Position numbers and translations under genes: made by a program
Part shown: positions 37,650-45,317 of the stretch, piece by piece
Layout: each line of letters begins with the position of its first letter
Numbering within the stretch: the first letter of the stretch is position 1
The notes under the pieces: model-generated
The model's database searches: none
What the model was told of the DNA's origin: nothing
What the model saw: the letters and a program-made list of their open reading frames with translations, nothing else
IMG/VR virus record: IMGVR_UViG_3300021376_000045
Span: 4,396 to 68,395 of that record
Source: a virus
Strand: one strand, 5' to 3'
DNA: 64,000 bases

Positions 37650-38813
37650 TTATGTTTCCCTAGCAGCAAAGTTAAGGCGACTGAATTCATTACGATCTAT
37701 TAGTTTAGTTGGTCGATTATTGATTACTGCTACATGCCCCTCAGGTTTGACTTGTTTACCATTTACTGTATGATGGAAAGTTTGGTGAGAAGAAAGAGCA
37801 TTTACTAAGACATTTTTTGCGTCCTGTAGGTGCTTATGAAGTGCAAAAGTATTTTCAAAATGCTTTTCATTTTTGCTAACATGAGCAATAGCGTTTTGAC
37901 CTGAAGACATTTGTCTTTGCTTACCGGCTTCTGACTTTAATGCTAAAGCTTTTTTGCGGTACACCTCTTCTAAGTACTTTTTTAATCCTTCTACTGTCGG
38001 GGTAGTTTCGTTTTTAACCGTGCTGTTAATATACGTTTTTATATGCTCAACCTGTCCCTCTAAGTGATTATAGTCAGGGAGTTTGGTGTGAGCGGATACA
38101 GCTTTTTTCATATGCTCATTGAATTGTTTTTGTGCTTCCGGGGTATAGTGAGCATTTTTTGTTTCAAACTTAGGTGAGATTAGATGAACATCGGTATGTT
38201 TTCCAAAATGAGAAAGATCAGCATTATATTCAGCTTTCATGTCTTGAAGTTTATTACCGTGGTAGGCAGTATGTACAACAACCCCAATTTTAGAATTTTT
38301 AATCTTCTCACCTTCTTCCGAATTCTTTTTTGTAGAATATGTAATTAAATTAGGCTTAAAGTGGTAACTATCACCTTTAGCCTCTACATCACTGTCTGCT
38401 TTATTATACATTAAGTCCCCTTGATACACCCCTCTATGTGGAGCTACCTTTGGAAGATGATGTAAAGCAGCTTTTAATTTTTTTACCAGGCCGGGAGCAT
38501 GGCCATGATTTTTTTCAATATCAGCTTCTGTGTAATTAAGTTTGGGGTTAACGTTAAAAACGGATTTTGAAGCAACAAAAAATCTTCCATTCTCAGGGTG
38601 ATGCCCGAACACAACAGAGGGGGAACCGTCATACTTGGTAGAAATAGATACTTTAGATTTTTTGCCTGTAAGTGCTTCATGCACACCATGCAAGGTATTG
38701 AAGGTATGCTGAAAGCCTTCGTGGCCGGCATTGATAGGGTGATCTTCAGCATGCTCTAGGTGAGTTAGTTTTTCTTCTGTTGCTTCTGATAAAAATGACG
38801 TAAGGGTTAGCAT
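37650..38813 (-). CDS. ligase-fold nucleotidyltransferase-like protein (DUF6267-type)
   Basis: THLEH.ED, TKYDGSP, YQGDLMY, PEGHV, KLIDR.EFSRLNF. Confidence 0.65.
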   Translation of the reverse strand: MLTLTSFLSEATEEKLTHLEHAEDHPINAGHEGFQHTFNTLHGVHEALTGKKSKVSISTKYDGSPSVVFGHHPENGRFFVASKSVFNVNPKLNYTEADIEKNHGHAPGLVKKLKAALHHLPKVAPHRGVYQGDLMYNKADSDVEAKGDSYHFKPNLITYSTKKNSEEGEKIKNSKIGVVVHTAYHGNKLQDMKAEYNADLSHFGKHTDVHLISPKFETKNAHYTPEAQKQFNEHMKKAVSAHTKLPDYNHLEGQVEHIKTYINSTVKNETTPTVEGLKKYLEEVYRKKALALKSEAGKQRQMSSGQNAIAHVSKNEKHFENTFALHKHLQDAKNVLVNALSSHQTFHHTVNGKQVKPEGHVAVINNRPTKLIDRNEFSRLNFAARET

Positions 38814-38818
38814 CGTAA

Positions 38819-39538
38819 TTAAATGTTAAACTTGATCTTAAAAGCGGTTCTTAAAATACCACGCAGATCACCCTTTTTTATACCTTTTTCAGGAATATCT
38901 CGTCTATAGTATTCAACACCATAAGATGCGAGCGAGGATGATTTAATATCAGAAGCGGATAGTTTCTTTACATTGGGTAAAGGGGAACTCCCACTTCCAG
39001 TATACCAATCGTAAATTTTATTATCATGTACAATACAAAAAAACTTATCATCTTTCTCAGCAAAATGCTGCATTAGTAAATCGTATGTTGTTTTTAAAAC
39101 TGAAGAGTTAGTAGATCTATAAAAGGGTGGTAGTTTACCACCTCTGGAAGTTACTCCTGTATCTAATGGAAACCCAACTGTTAAATCACCTGTTTTATTT
39201 CTATAAAAATCGATACCATACAGAAATTCAGAGCCTGCAAATGCACGGGGTATTCTTATCCCTTCTGCAGTCACCATAGATTTAGCTAAAGTGTTTAAGT
39301 AATAAAAATCGTTAGCTAATCTCGATACACTAATATCAAAAATACTAACATCGCTTCTTATATCTTTTGTACCTTTTACCTCTACATTATATGCAGTATT
39401 TTTTATTTTAAGCACAATATCAGTAACGTTAGAGCCGGGAGGGGCGATAGAGACAATTTTTGCCCCGTATTCCTTTTCAAAAAAATTAGCTACTGTTTTT
39501 TGACCGGAAGCTCCAGAGCTAACTCTTGCCTGAACCAT
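38819..39538 (-). CDS. PD-(D/E)XK nuclease-like protein
   Basis: TDIVL..NVEVKG. Confidence 0.45.
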   Translation of the reverse strand: MVQARVSSGASGQKTVANFFEKEYGAKIVSIAPPGSNVTDIVLKIKNTAYNVEVKGTKDIRSDVSIFDISVSRLANDFYYLNTLAKSMVTAEGIRIPRAFAGSEFLYGIDFYRNKTGDLTVGFPLDTGVTSRGGKLPPFYRSTNSSVLKTTYDLLMQHFAEKDDKFFCIVHDNKIYDWYTGSGSSPLPNVKKLSASDIKSSSLASYGVEYYRRDIPEKGIKKGDLRGILRTAFKIKFNI

Positions 39539-39567
39539 TTTATCTCCTTTTTTTATATTTATTAGAT

Positions 39568-39592
39568 AAAAAAACCCCTCTTGCGAGGGGTT
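39568..39592 (-). terminator. intrinsic terminator
   Basis: AACCCCTC-GCAA-GAGGGGTT plus a U tract. Confidence 0.85.
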
Positions 39593-39609
39593 AAGTTGGT
39601 CATAAATAA

Positions 39610-39855
39610 TTATTCAATATTTATATCTTTCATCTCTTTGTGTCTATAAAACTCTACTATCTTATCCTTTAACATCGCTGGTATTTCAATATAAGGGTAT
39701 TCACAGAAAAAAGGACAAGAATTGGAAGGTGTAAGACCTCTCCAGGAATAAGTTATTAGGAACTTGTAAGCAAGTATTCTGTCTTCTTTTTTAGAAACAT
39801 TAAACCTTCTCTTCTCTATTATTCTCTCTGACAACCTCTGTGGAGTATACATCAC
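39610..39855 (-). CDS. hypothetical protein
   Basis: ORF track. Confidence 0.55.
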   Translation of the reverse strand: MMYTPQRLSERIIEKRRFNVSKKEDRILAYKFLITYSWRGLTPSNSCPFFCEYPYIEIPAMLKDKIVEFYRHKEMKDINIE

Positions 39856-40087
39856 CGTTTTCCAGTATTTTTAAGTCTTCATAAGGGGTAGCAACACGTC
39901 TATAAAACTCTTGTTTGGCACACTCTAATACACCGATTATATTATTAATTGTTTGATACCTCAACCCTTCTTGGTTCATATACTCGTTACAAATATAAGA
40001 AATAAGATAGTTTAATTCACCTACGTTTTCAGGTTTAAAGTAAGCGCCCTGAAGTATTCTTCTGCTTTCTTTTGATATATACGGCAT
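39800..40087 (-). CDS. conserved phage hypothetical protein
   Basis: MPYI..GELNY..LECAKQEFYRRV..PYED.K..NGDV. Confidence 0.7.
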   Translation of the reverse strand: MPYISKESRRILQGAYFKPENVGELNYLISYICNEYMNQEGLRYQTINNIIGVLECAKQEFYRRVATPYEDLKILENGDVYSTEVVRENNREEKV

Positions 40088-40093
40088 AATGTT

Positions 40094-40170
40094 TGGCCTG
40101 TCCTAGAGGACTCGAACCTCTGACCTACGGCTTAGAAGGCCGTTGCTCTATCCAGCTGAGCTAAGGACAG
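40094..40170 (-). tRNA. tRNA-Arg(TCT)
   Basis: Full cloverleaf, anticodon loop CTTCTAA, GTTCGAGTC T-loop, encoded CCA. Confidence 0.95.
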
Positions 40171-40257
40171 ATGTTCGAAATTTATTAACCCCGGTTACGA
40201 CATCCGGGAACACTTTTTAGCATCATAAAGACGGTGTTCGATTGTTTGTTTCAACTA

Positions 40258-40506
40258 TTAGTTGAAAACGGCGCTGCCTTGAGCAGCGAAAGCTGCAGCT
40301 ACCATAGCGCGCGAAGGCCGGCCAAGGCGGTAGGCTGTAAAGCCGTTTTTACCAGTGTTGCTGTAGATGGCGTATCCCATGGAGCGGAGCTCGGAGATGC
40401 GCGCGGCAACCGTACCTTCAGTAGTACGAAGCTGGTTAGCGATGGCGGTAGCAGAGAACTGCTTGCCAGTTTTGAGTACGTTAAGTACTTTAGTTTGAAT
40501 CGACAT
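40258..40506 (-). CDS. winged-helix DNA-binding protein
   Basis: ARISELRSMGYAIY..YRLG.PSR. Confidence 0.7.
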   Translation of the reverse strand: MSIQTKVLNVLKTGKQFSATAIANQLRTTEGTVAARISELRSMGYAIYSNTGKNGFTAYRLGRPSRAMVAAAFAAQGSAVFN

Positions 40507-40539
40507 TATCTATTTCCTTATGTGAAAATGCCCCGCCAC

Positions 40540-40580
40540 AAAAAAGAGTATAACAGGCGGCGGTCTTTCCTGTTATACCC
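40540..40580 (-). terminator. intrinsic terminator hairpin
   Basis: GGGTATAACAGG/CCTGTTATACTC plus a U tract. Confidence 0.65.
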
Positions 40581-40586
40581 ATGAAA

Positions 40587-40904
40587 TTAAGCAACAATAA
40601 GTTCTTTAAGTTGCTCAACTTCTTTATCTACAAGAGGCCTTACAAATGTAATTTTAGGCTTATTACTTTTTTCTTTCTTAGATTGAATTTCAACAATCTC
40701 AGAAACGTACTTAGTAAATTGACCGGTGTTGAGAAGAAACTCACAAGCATGCCACTTATCCATCGGCTGAGGTAACTCAACCAGCTGAATATCAGTGTCA
40801 CCTTGCTTTTGTAGATTTTTGATACGAAGGACTAAGTCCGAGCAAAAGCGAACCTTAACTCGACCCTCGTTAATAGATACACCGGCTACGGTAAACTTAG
40901 ACAT
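40587..40904 (-). CDS. hypothetical protein
   Basis: MSKFTVAGVS; SD GAGGAG; promoter at 40929-40957. Confidence 0.65.
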   Translation of the reverse strand: MSKFTVAGVSINEGRVKVRFCSDLVLRIKNLQKQGDTDIQLVELPQPMDKWHACEFLLNTGQFTKYVSEIVEIQSKKEKSNKPKITFVRPLVDKEVEQLKELIVA

Positions 40905-40970
40905 CACCAACTCCTCATTCAATATAAAATTATAGATCAAACCAAAACGTAAATCAAGTATTTTGGTAAA

Positions 40971-41234
40971 TTAAACGCCGTAACCTTGGCCGGCCATTAA
41001 GTAATTATTTACCTTAATAAGCATAGTATTTTTGCTTTTAGCATTATTAAGTTCAGTAATAAACCGATCTTTGGTTGTGCGTTTGCCTGAAGATTGTTCT
41101 ATGATAGAAATACATGTAATACGAAACTCTTCAGAACTCTGAGTTTCAAAGCTCTGGTAGAGCTGTTTAAGTCCGCTGTTTCCAACGGTGTCGTTTTTTA
41201 TACGAGCTTTTGAACTATTCTGTGTCTGTATCAT
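40971..41234 (-). CDS. hypothetical protein
   Basis: SD AGGAG; early promoter upstream. Confidence 0.6.
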   Translation of the reverse strand: MIQTQNSSKARIKNDTVGNSGLKQLYQSFETQSSEEFRITCISIIEQSSGKRTTKDRFITELNNAKSKNTMLIKVNNYLMAGQGYGV

Positions 41235-41253
41235 ATAATCTCCTAACATTTAT

Positions 41254-41295
41254 ATTATATGATAGGTCATGAAAAAAATCAACTGTTACGTTACT
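41254..41295 (-). promoter_or_regulatory. sigma70-like promoter with AGTAACGTAACAG box
   Basis: TTGATT-17-TATAAT. Confidence 0.75.
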
Positions 41296-41446
41296 AATCT
41301 AATTTGTCAAGATCGTCCATCGTAATAAGACGTTTTTCTAAAAACAAGTTCACAACACCAGTAACGCCTGCTATTTTTCCCCAGAGAAAGCAGAAAAAAC
41401 AGGCGCCAAGCAATAATAATATTTGCGCTATGTCCGACCAGGGCAT
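41294..41446 (-). CDS. small membrane protein
   Basis: MPWSDIAQILLLLGACFFCFLWG; SD AAGGA. Confidence 0.5.
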   Translation of the reverse strand: MPWSDIAQILLLLGACFFCFLWGKIAGVTGVVNLFLEKRLITMDDLDKLD

Positions 41447-41455
41447 ATTGTGTCC

Positions 41456-42097
41456 TTATACTTGGACGTAAGGAAGCCAGAGGTAAGTTTTCTTAAGAAG
41501 ACGAGCTTTAATGGGATCCCAGTTCTCACCTTTAAACGTCTTCTTGTAGTAAGAATAAGACCAGAGTTTCTTACGTTGATTGAGGGTTTTTAAAACATTA
41601 TAGGGATGATGTTTTGGATAGTAAAACTTTATTTCCATAGCAATATCATGCGCGTAAGCATCTATTTCATCAAAATCTGACAGATACTCCTTTTCTTCAG
41701 ATCTTGGTCTTCGTGATTCTCTAAATTCAAGTGAAGATCTATCCATTTCTGACCCGTCTCTATGTTGCCATTGTAACTGGTGAATTGTTTCATGCTGGCA
41801 TACTTGTGAAATAGAAAATTTAAACTCTCGCCAACGACTCTCATTTATATGCAAAGTTTTACAGGTTTCAGATAGATTAAAAATTACATACTTTGTATTA
41901 ACATCCATATCGTAAAGACCGGATACGGAGTATTCATTGCGTTTATAGTCTTTGTACGTTTCGTATTTAAATCTAAATGGCAGCGGTTTTTTGAATGCTC
42001 TGTTAAGAACGTCGCAAATATAGAAATATGAAGACGGCTTAGTTAGCCTATCTTTTTTAGATTCTAAAATTTGGTTGATCTCGCCTGCTAGAAACAT
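41456..42097 (-). CDS. HExxH metalloprotease-like protein
   Basis: HETIH..Q and downstream DEIDAYA. Confidence 0.5.
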   Translation of the reverse strand: MFLAGEINQILESKKDRLTKPSSYFYICDVLNRAFKKPLPFRFKYETYKDYKRNEYSVSGLYDMDVNTKYVIFNLSETCKTLHINESRWREFKFSISQVCQHETIHQLQWQHRDGSEMDRSSLEFRESRRPRSEEKEYLSDFDEIDAYAHDIAMEIKFYYPKHHPYNVLKTLNQRKKLWSYSYYKKTFKGENWDPIKARLLKKTYLWLPYVQV

Positions 42098-42117
42098 ACG
42101 AATTCTCCTCTGGTTAT

Positions 42118-43515
42118 TTATATTTTTATACCTGAGAAGTCTTTTTTGGGTTTGAAGTGTTTTGTGAAACTGAAATCGGGAGCTGACGTCTCATCTGAGT
42201 CTGCACCGGAATCTATAAGATTTTTTTGAGCTGAAGATTCTAGATCAAAAAGCTTCATCTTGGCACGATCAATGCCAATCATAAATCTCTTATAAAATGT
42301 AGGGTCATTATAGCGGTTTTTCAACTGCTTGACCATTATTTGGTTTAGCTGCTCGAGCTCTTCTGTACTAATAAGCGCAAACATAAAGTCTGCTGTTGCC
42401 GGTAGACCGAAAGATTCGGATGTATCAGTCAGTTCCACATCAGTGTTCGAGTAACCTGAACGCGTTGTCTGTGTAGCTGACACGATAGGTAAATTAAATT
42501 CTACAGCAAGACCTCGTAACTCTTCAGCTATGGCCTTAACATATGTATAGGAATTGACACTTCCACCAGGCTTAAATCTAGAGGATGCGCAAATGTTAAG
42601 ATAATCCACAAAAATTATGTCTGGTTTAAATGATCGTTTTAACGCCAGCTCATTTAACAAGCCTTTAAAGTGACCTACATGGGCTGAAGCAGTTGGGTAT
42701 TCTTTAATAATTAATTTACCGTGAGTTCGATCAGATAACTTTTTCATCCTATTTTCGAACATACTTTTAGACAGGTCTTTTAGCTGATCAATATCTATAC
42801 TGAGTAGATTAGAATCAATACGCTCGGCAATTCTCTCCTCAGCCATCTCTAACGTAATATAAAGTACGTTTTTACCTTTGGCTATACAACTAGCGGCCAC
42901 ATGACACATAAAAAGGGATTTACCGACCCCGGTACCGGCTAGTGCAATGTTAAGAGTCTTGTTAGGTAAGCCCCCCTGGGTAATTTTATTAAATAGATCC
43001 AAATCAAAAGGAATGCGAGATTCTATTCTGTGATAAAAATCATATCTTGATTCTGAATCATCGAAGTAGTCATGACCCACTGATGTATCAAAACATACCC
43101 CAAGGGCTTCTTGAAGTAAAGATGGTATACCGTCTTTGGTATGTTTTTTATCGTTACCTTCAAGTATGCTAATAGATTGTAGAATGGCATTGTAAACGGC
43201 CTTGTCTTTACAAAACTTTTCTGTTTCGTCTACTAGCCAACTCTCTTCATTTACCTCATGCACACGTAACGTAGCGGTAAGTTCAATGGCTTCTTTAAAA
43301 GTACCCTCCACTAAATTACTATTTTGTAGGGTAATGGTAAGAGCTTCAACGGTTGGGGGCTTATTGTACTTGGCAATAAACTCATTTATTGCATTAAAAA
43401 CAACCCTGTCTTTCTCGTCACTAAAATACTGATCTTTTAAGAAAGGAATTACCTTTCTCATATATGATTCGTTATGAATCAGATTTTTCAGTATCGTTGT
43501 TTCGAGTCTGTTCAT
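42118..43515 (-). CDS. replicative helicase gp41
   Basis: AGTGVGKSL, KEYPT, VDYLNIC, SESFGLPATAD. Confidence 0.95.
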   Translation of the reverse strand: MNRLETTILKNLIHNESYMRKVIPFLKDQYFSDEKDRVVFNAINEFIAKYNKPPTVEALTITLQNSNLVEGTFKEAIELTATLRVHEVNEESWLVDETEKFCKDKAVYNAILQSISILEGNDKKHTKDGIPSLLQEALGVCFDTSVGHDYFDDSESRYDFYHRIESRIPFDLDLFNKITQGGLPNKTLNIALAGTGVGKSLFMCHVAASCIAKGKNVLYITLEMAEERIAERIDSNLLSIDIDQLKDLSKSMFENRMKKLSDRTHGKLIIKEYPTASAHVGHFKGLLNELALKRSFKPDIIFVDYLNICASSRFKPGGSVNSYTYVKAIAEELRGLAVEFNLPIVSATQTTRSGYSNTDVELTDTSESFGLPATADFMFALISTEELEQLNQIMVKQLKNRYNDPTFYKRFMIGIDRAKMKLFDLESSAQKNLIDSGADSDETSAPDFSFTKHFKPKKDFSGIKI

Positions 43516-43774
43516 AGTTATCAATGGCTTCTTTCAGAATATCGTTTACAATAATCTCTAAAGTGTTTTTAAACAAGTCACTCTTTTCTAAATCTTCCTC
43601 TAAAATTTCGGGTTTATAAATCACATGATAATCAACGGAAAGCTCACCACTAGAATCTTCTTTTAAATCTAGCTTTTTAATCTGAATGACTACCTCACTA
43701 AACTCCCCGTCAATAATTTCCACCCCCCAGCTCTCACCCTCAACCCAGGGTTTATAGAGGTCATTCCTCAGCAT
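43472..43774 (-). CDS. hypothetical protein (gp40 position)
   Basis: Between uvsX and gp41. Confidence 0.55.
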   Translation of the reverse strand: MLRNDLYKPWVEGESWGVEIIDGEFSEVVIQIKKLDLKEDSSGELSVDYHVIYKPEILEEDLEKSDLFKNTLEIIVNDILKEAIDNYEQTRNNDTEKSDS

Positions 43775-44819
43775 TTGCATACTCCTGATCAATGTCTAAA
43801 TCATCAAAATCATTGGACATTATGCTAGAGCTAGAAACCTGATATGACTTTTCTATAAATTGCTGGAAATTTTTAGAGGATAAAATAGGTATCCAGAATT
43901 CTTTAGTGTATGTTTCTTTAGCTCTAAACTTTTGTTCTTCCCCTTTACGGGAGTACCAACCGTTGGAAGGCTTGGTAACAAATCCCCCCTCAAGAGCAAC
44001 ATCAAGTAAGCCAGACCATTTACTAATACCGCCCTCAAAAGATACCTCAACCGGTATTTTAGATTTTTCCCTCACATAGCGTGACTTCTCAATATTAATA
44101 ATAAAATTATACCCCGTTAGATCACTGCCGTCTTTTTCCTGTTGTCGACCAATAATGTAAATATTGTCAGCTGAATAGTACACACCTGTACCACCGGAAA
44201 CAATATCCTTTGGAAACATACCGATTTCTTTATAGGTATGATTAACCACAACCATTGGAATATCTTTAAGTGTAAGATGAGGGGTTACCATTCGAAAGAG
44301 AGACTTAAGTTGCTTAGCTCTCGACATATCTGCAACTGACTTGCCGTCTAGAGCATCCTCTACTTCTTTTTTAGAAGCTAAGTTACCCACTGAATCAATT
44401 ATGATAATAACATGATCACCGCGTTCAATGTTATTGAGCTGGGCCATAGCATCATGCTTAAGCTGCTCAATATCAGTAATAGGAGTATGCAATACACGGG
44501 TAGTATCAATACCGAATGAATCAAAATAAGACTGAGGTGAACCGAATTCTGAATCATAAAATAATACTACCGCATCACTGTACTTTTCTAAGTACGATTT
44601 AGCTAATAATAACGCAAAAGCAGTCTTAAAATGTTTAGACGGCCCAGCAAATACTGTTAACCCAGGTGACAACCCTCCATCCAGACGCCCGGAAAGAGCT
44701 ACGTTAATCATTGGAACCGGGGTCTGAATCAAGTCTTTAGCGTTAAAGAACTTAGACTCTTTTAATATCTCAGAGTCACGTATCGTAGAATTCTTTTTTA
44801 ATTTATCAAGTAATGACAT
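43761..44819 (-). CDS. uvsX: RecA-like recombinase UvsX
   Basis: AGPSKHFKT, YDSEFG, DSVGNLASKKE. Confidence 0.95.
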   Translation of the reverse strand: MSLLDKLKKNSTIRDSEILKESKFFNAKDLIQTPVPMINVALSGRLDGGLSPGLTVFAGPSKHFKTAFALLLAKSYLEKYSDAVVLFYDSEFGSPQSYFDSFGIDTTRVLHTPITDIEQLKHDAMAQLNNIERGDHVIIIIDSVGNLASKKEVEDALDGKSVADMSRAKQLKSLFRMVTPHLTLKDIPMVVVNHTYKEIGMFPKDIVSGGTGVYYSADNIYIIGRQQEKDGSDLTGYNFIINIEKSRYVREKSKIPVEVSFEGGISKWSGLLDVALEGGFVTKPSNGWYSRKGEEQKFRAKETYTKEFWIPILSSKNFQQFIEKSYQVSSSSIMSNDFDDLDIDQEYANAEE

Positions 44820-44839
44820 AACCACTCCTAATTTCTTAT

Positions 44840-44868
44840 ATTATAGCATAACCAAAAAAATAATTCAA
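44840..44868 (-). promoter_or_regulatory. sigma70-like promoter
   Basis: TTGAAT-17-TATAAT. Confidence 0.65.
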
Positions 44869-44870
44869 GC

Positions 44871-45317
44871 TCAATTACACCAACTTTGTTTAGCTTCACC
44901 GTAATATTCTCTTGCAAAACCATTTTGGATTAACATCATTCGTAAGGACTTACCGTCCAAAACTATATCCCCTAAGACCCGACCTCCAAATTTATCCCAG
45001 TCCATAAGTAAGACTTGGCGCTTCTTAGCTTGTGTAACCTGTTGGGTAGCAAATTGGGTAGCCGCCTTACCTCTGGCGTCCTCAGCTGGGCACTGGGCGC
45101 GATGACCTTTTTCGGGAGTATCAACACCAAAAATTCTTACTGCGAGCTCTTTAGGTAAAGGATCTGGTAACCAAGGAGCTCTAAAAGCTACCGTGTCTCC
45201 GTCCTTTACTCTTGTAATTTCAACGTCATATAAAACACCGGGTTTTTGTTTTTGTGCTTGTGCGGGAGCTGTGATTACTATTGTAAATACCGCAGCTATA
45301 AAAATATACCATTTCAT
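44871..45317 (-). CDS. secreted thermonuclease (SNase family)
   Basis: Signal peptide; VKDGDT, RIFGVDTPE, DKFGGRVLG. Confidence 0.85.
   Translation of the reverse strand: MKWYIFIAAVFTIVITAPAQAQKQKPGVLYDVEITRVKDGDTVAFRAPWLPDPLPKELAVRIFGVDTPEKGHRAQCPAEDARGKAATQFATQQVTQAKKRQVLLMDWDKFGGRVLGDIVLDGKSLRMMLIQNGFAREYYGEAKQSWCN

Noticed and set aside
40171-40245. Ribozyme upstream of tRNA-Arg
   Set aside because: Hairpins exist (CCCGG/CCGGG, GAACAC/GTGTTC) but no twister, HDV/theta or pistol core could be matched. The 11-mer shared with 13416 is expected by chance.
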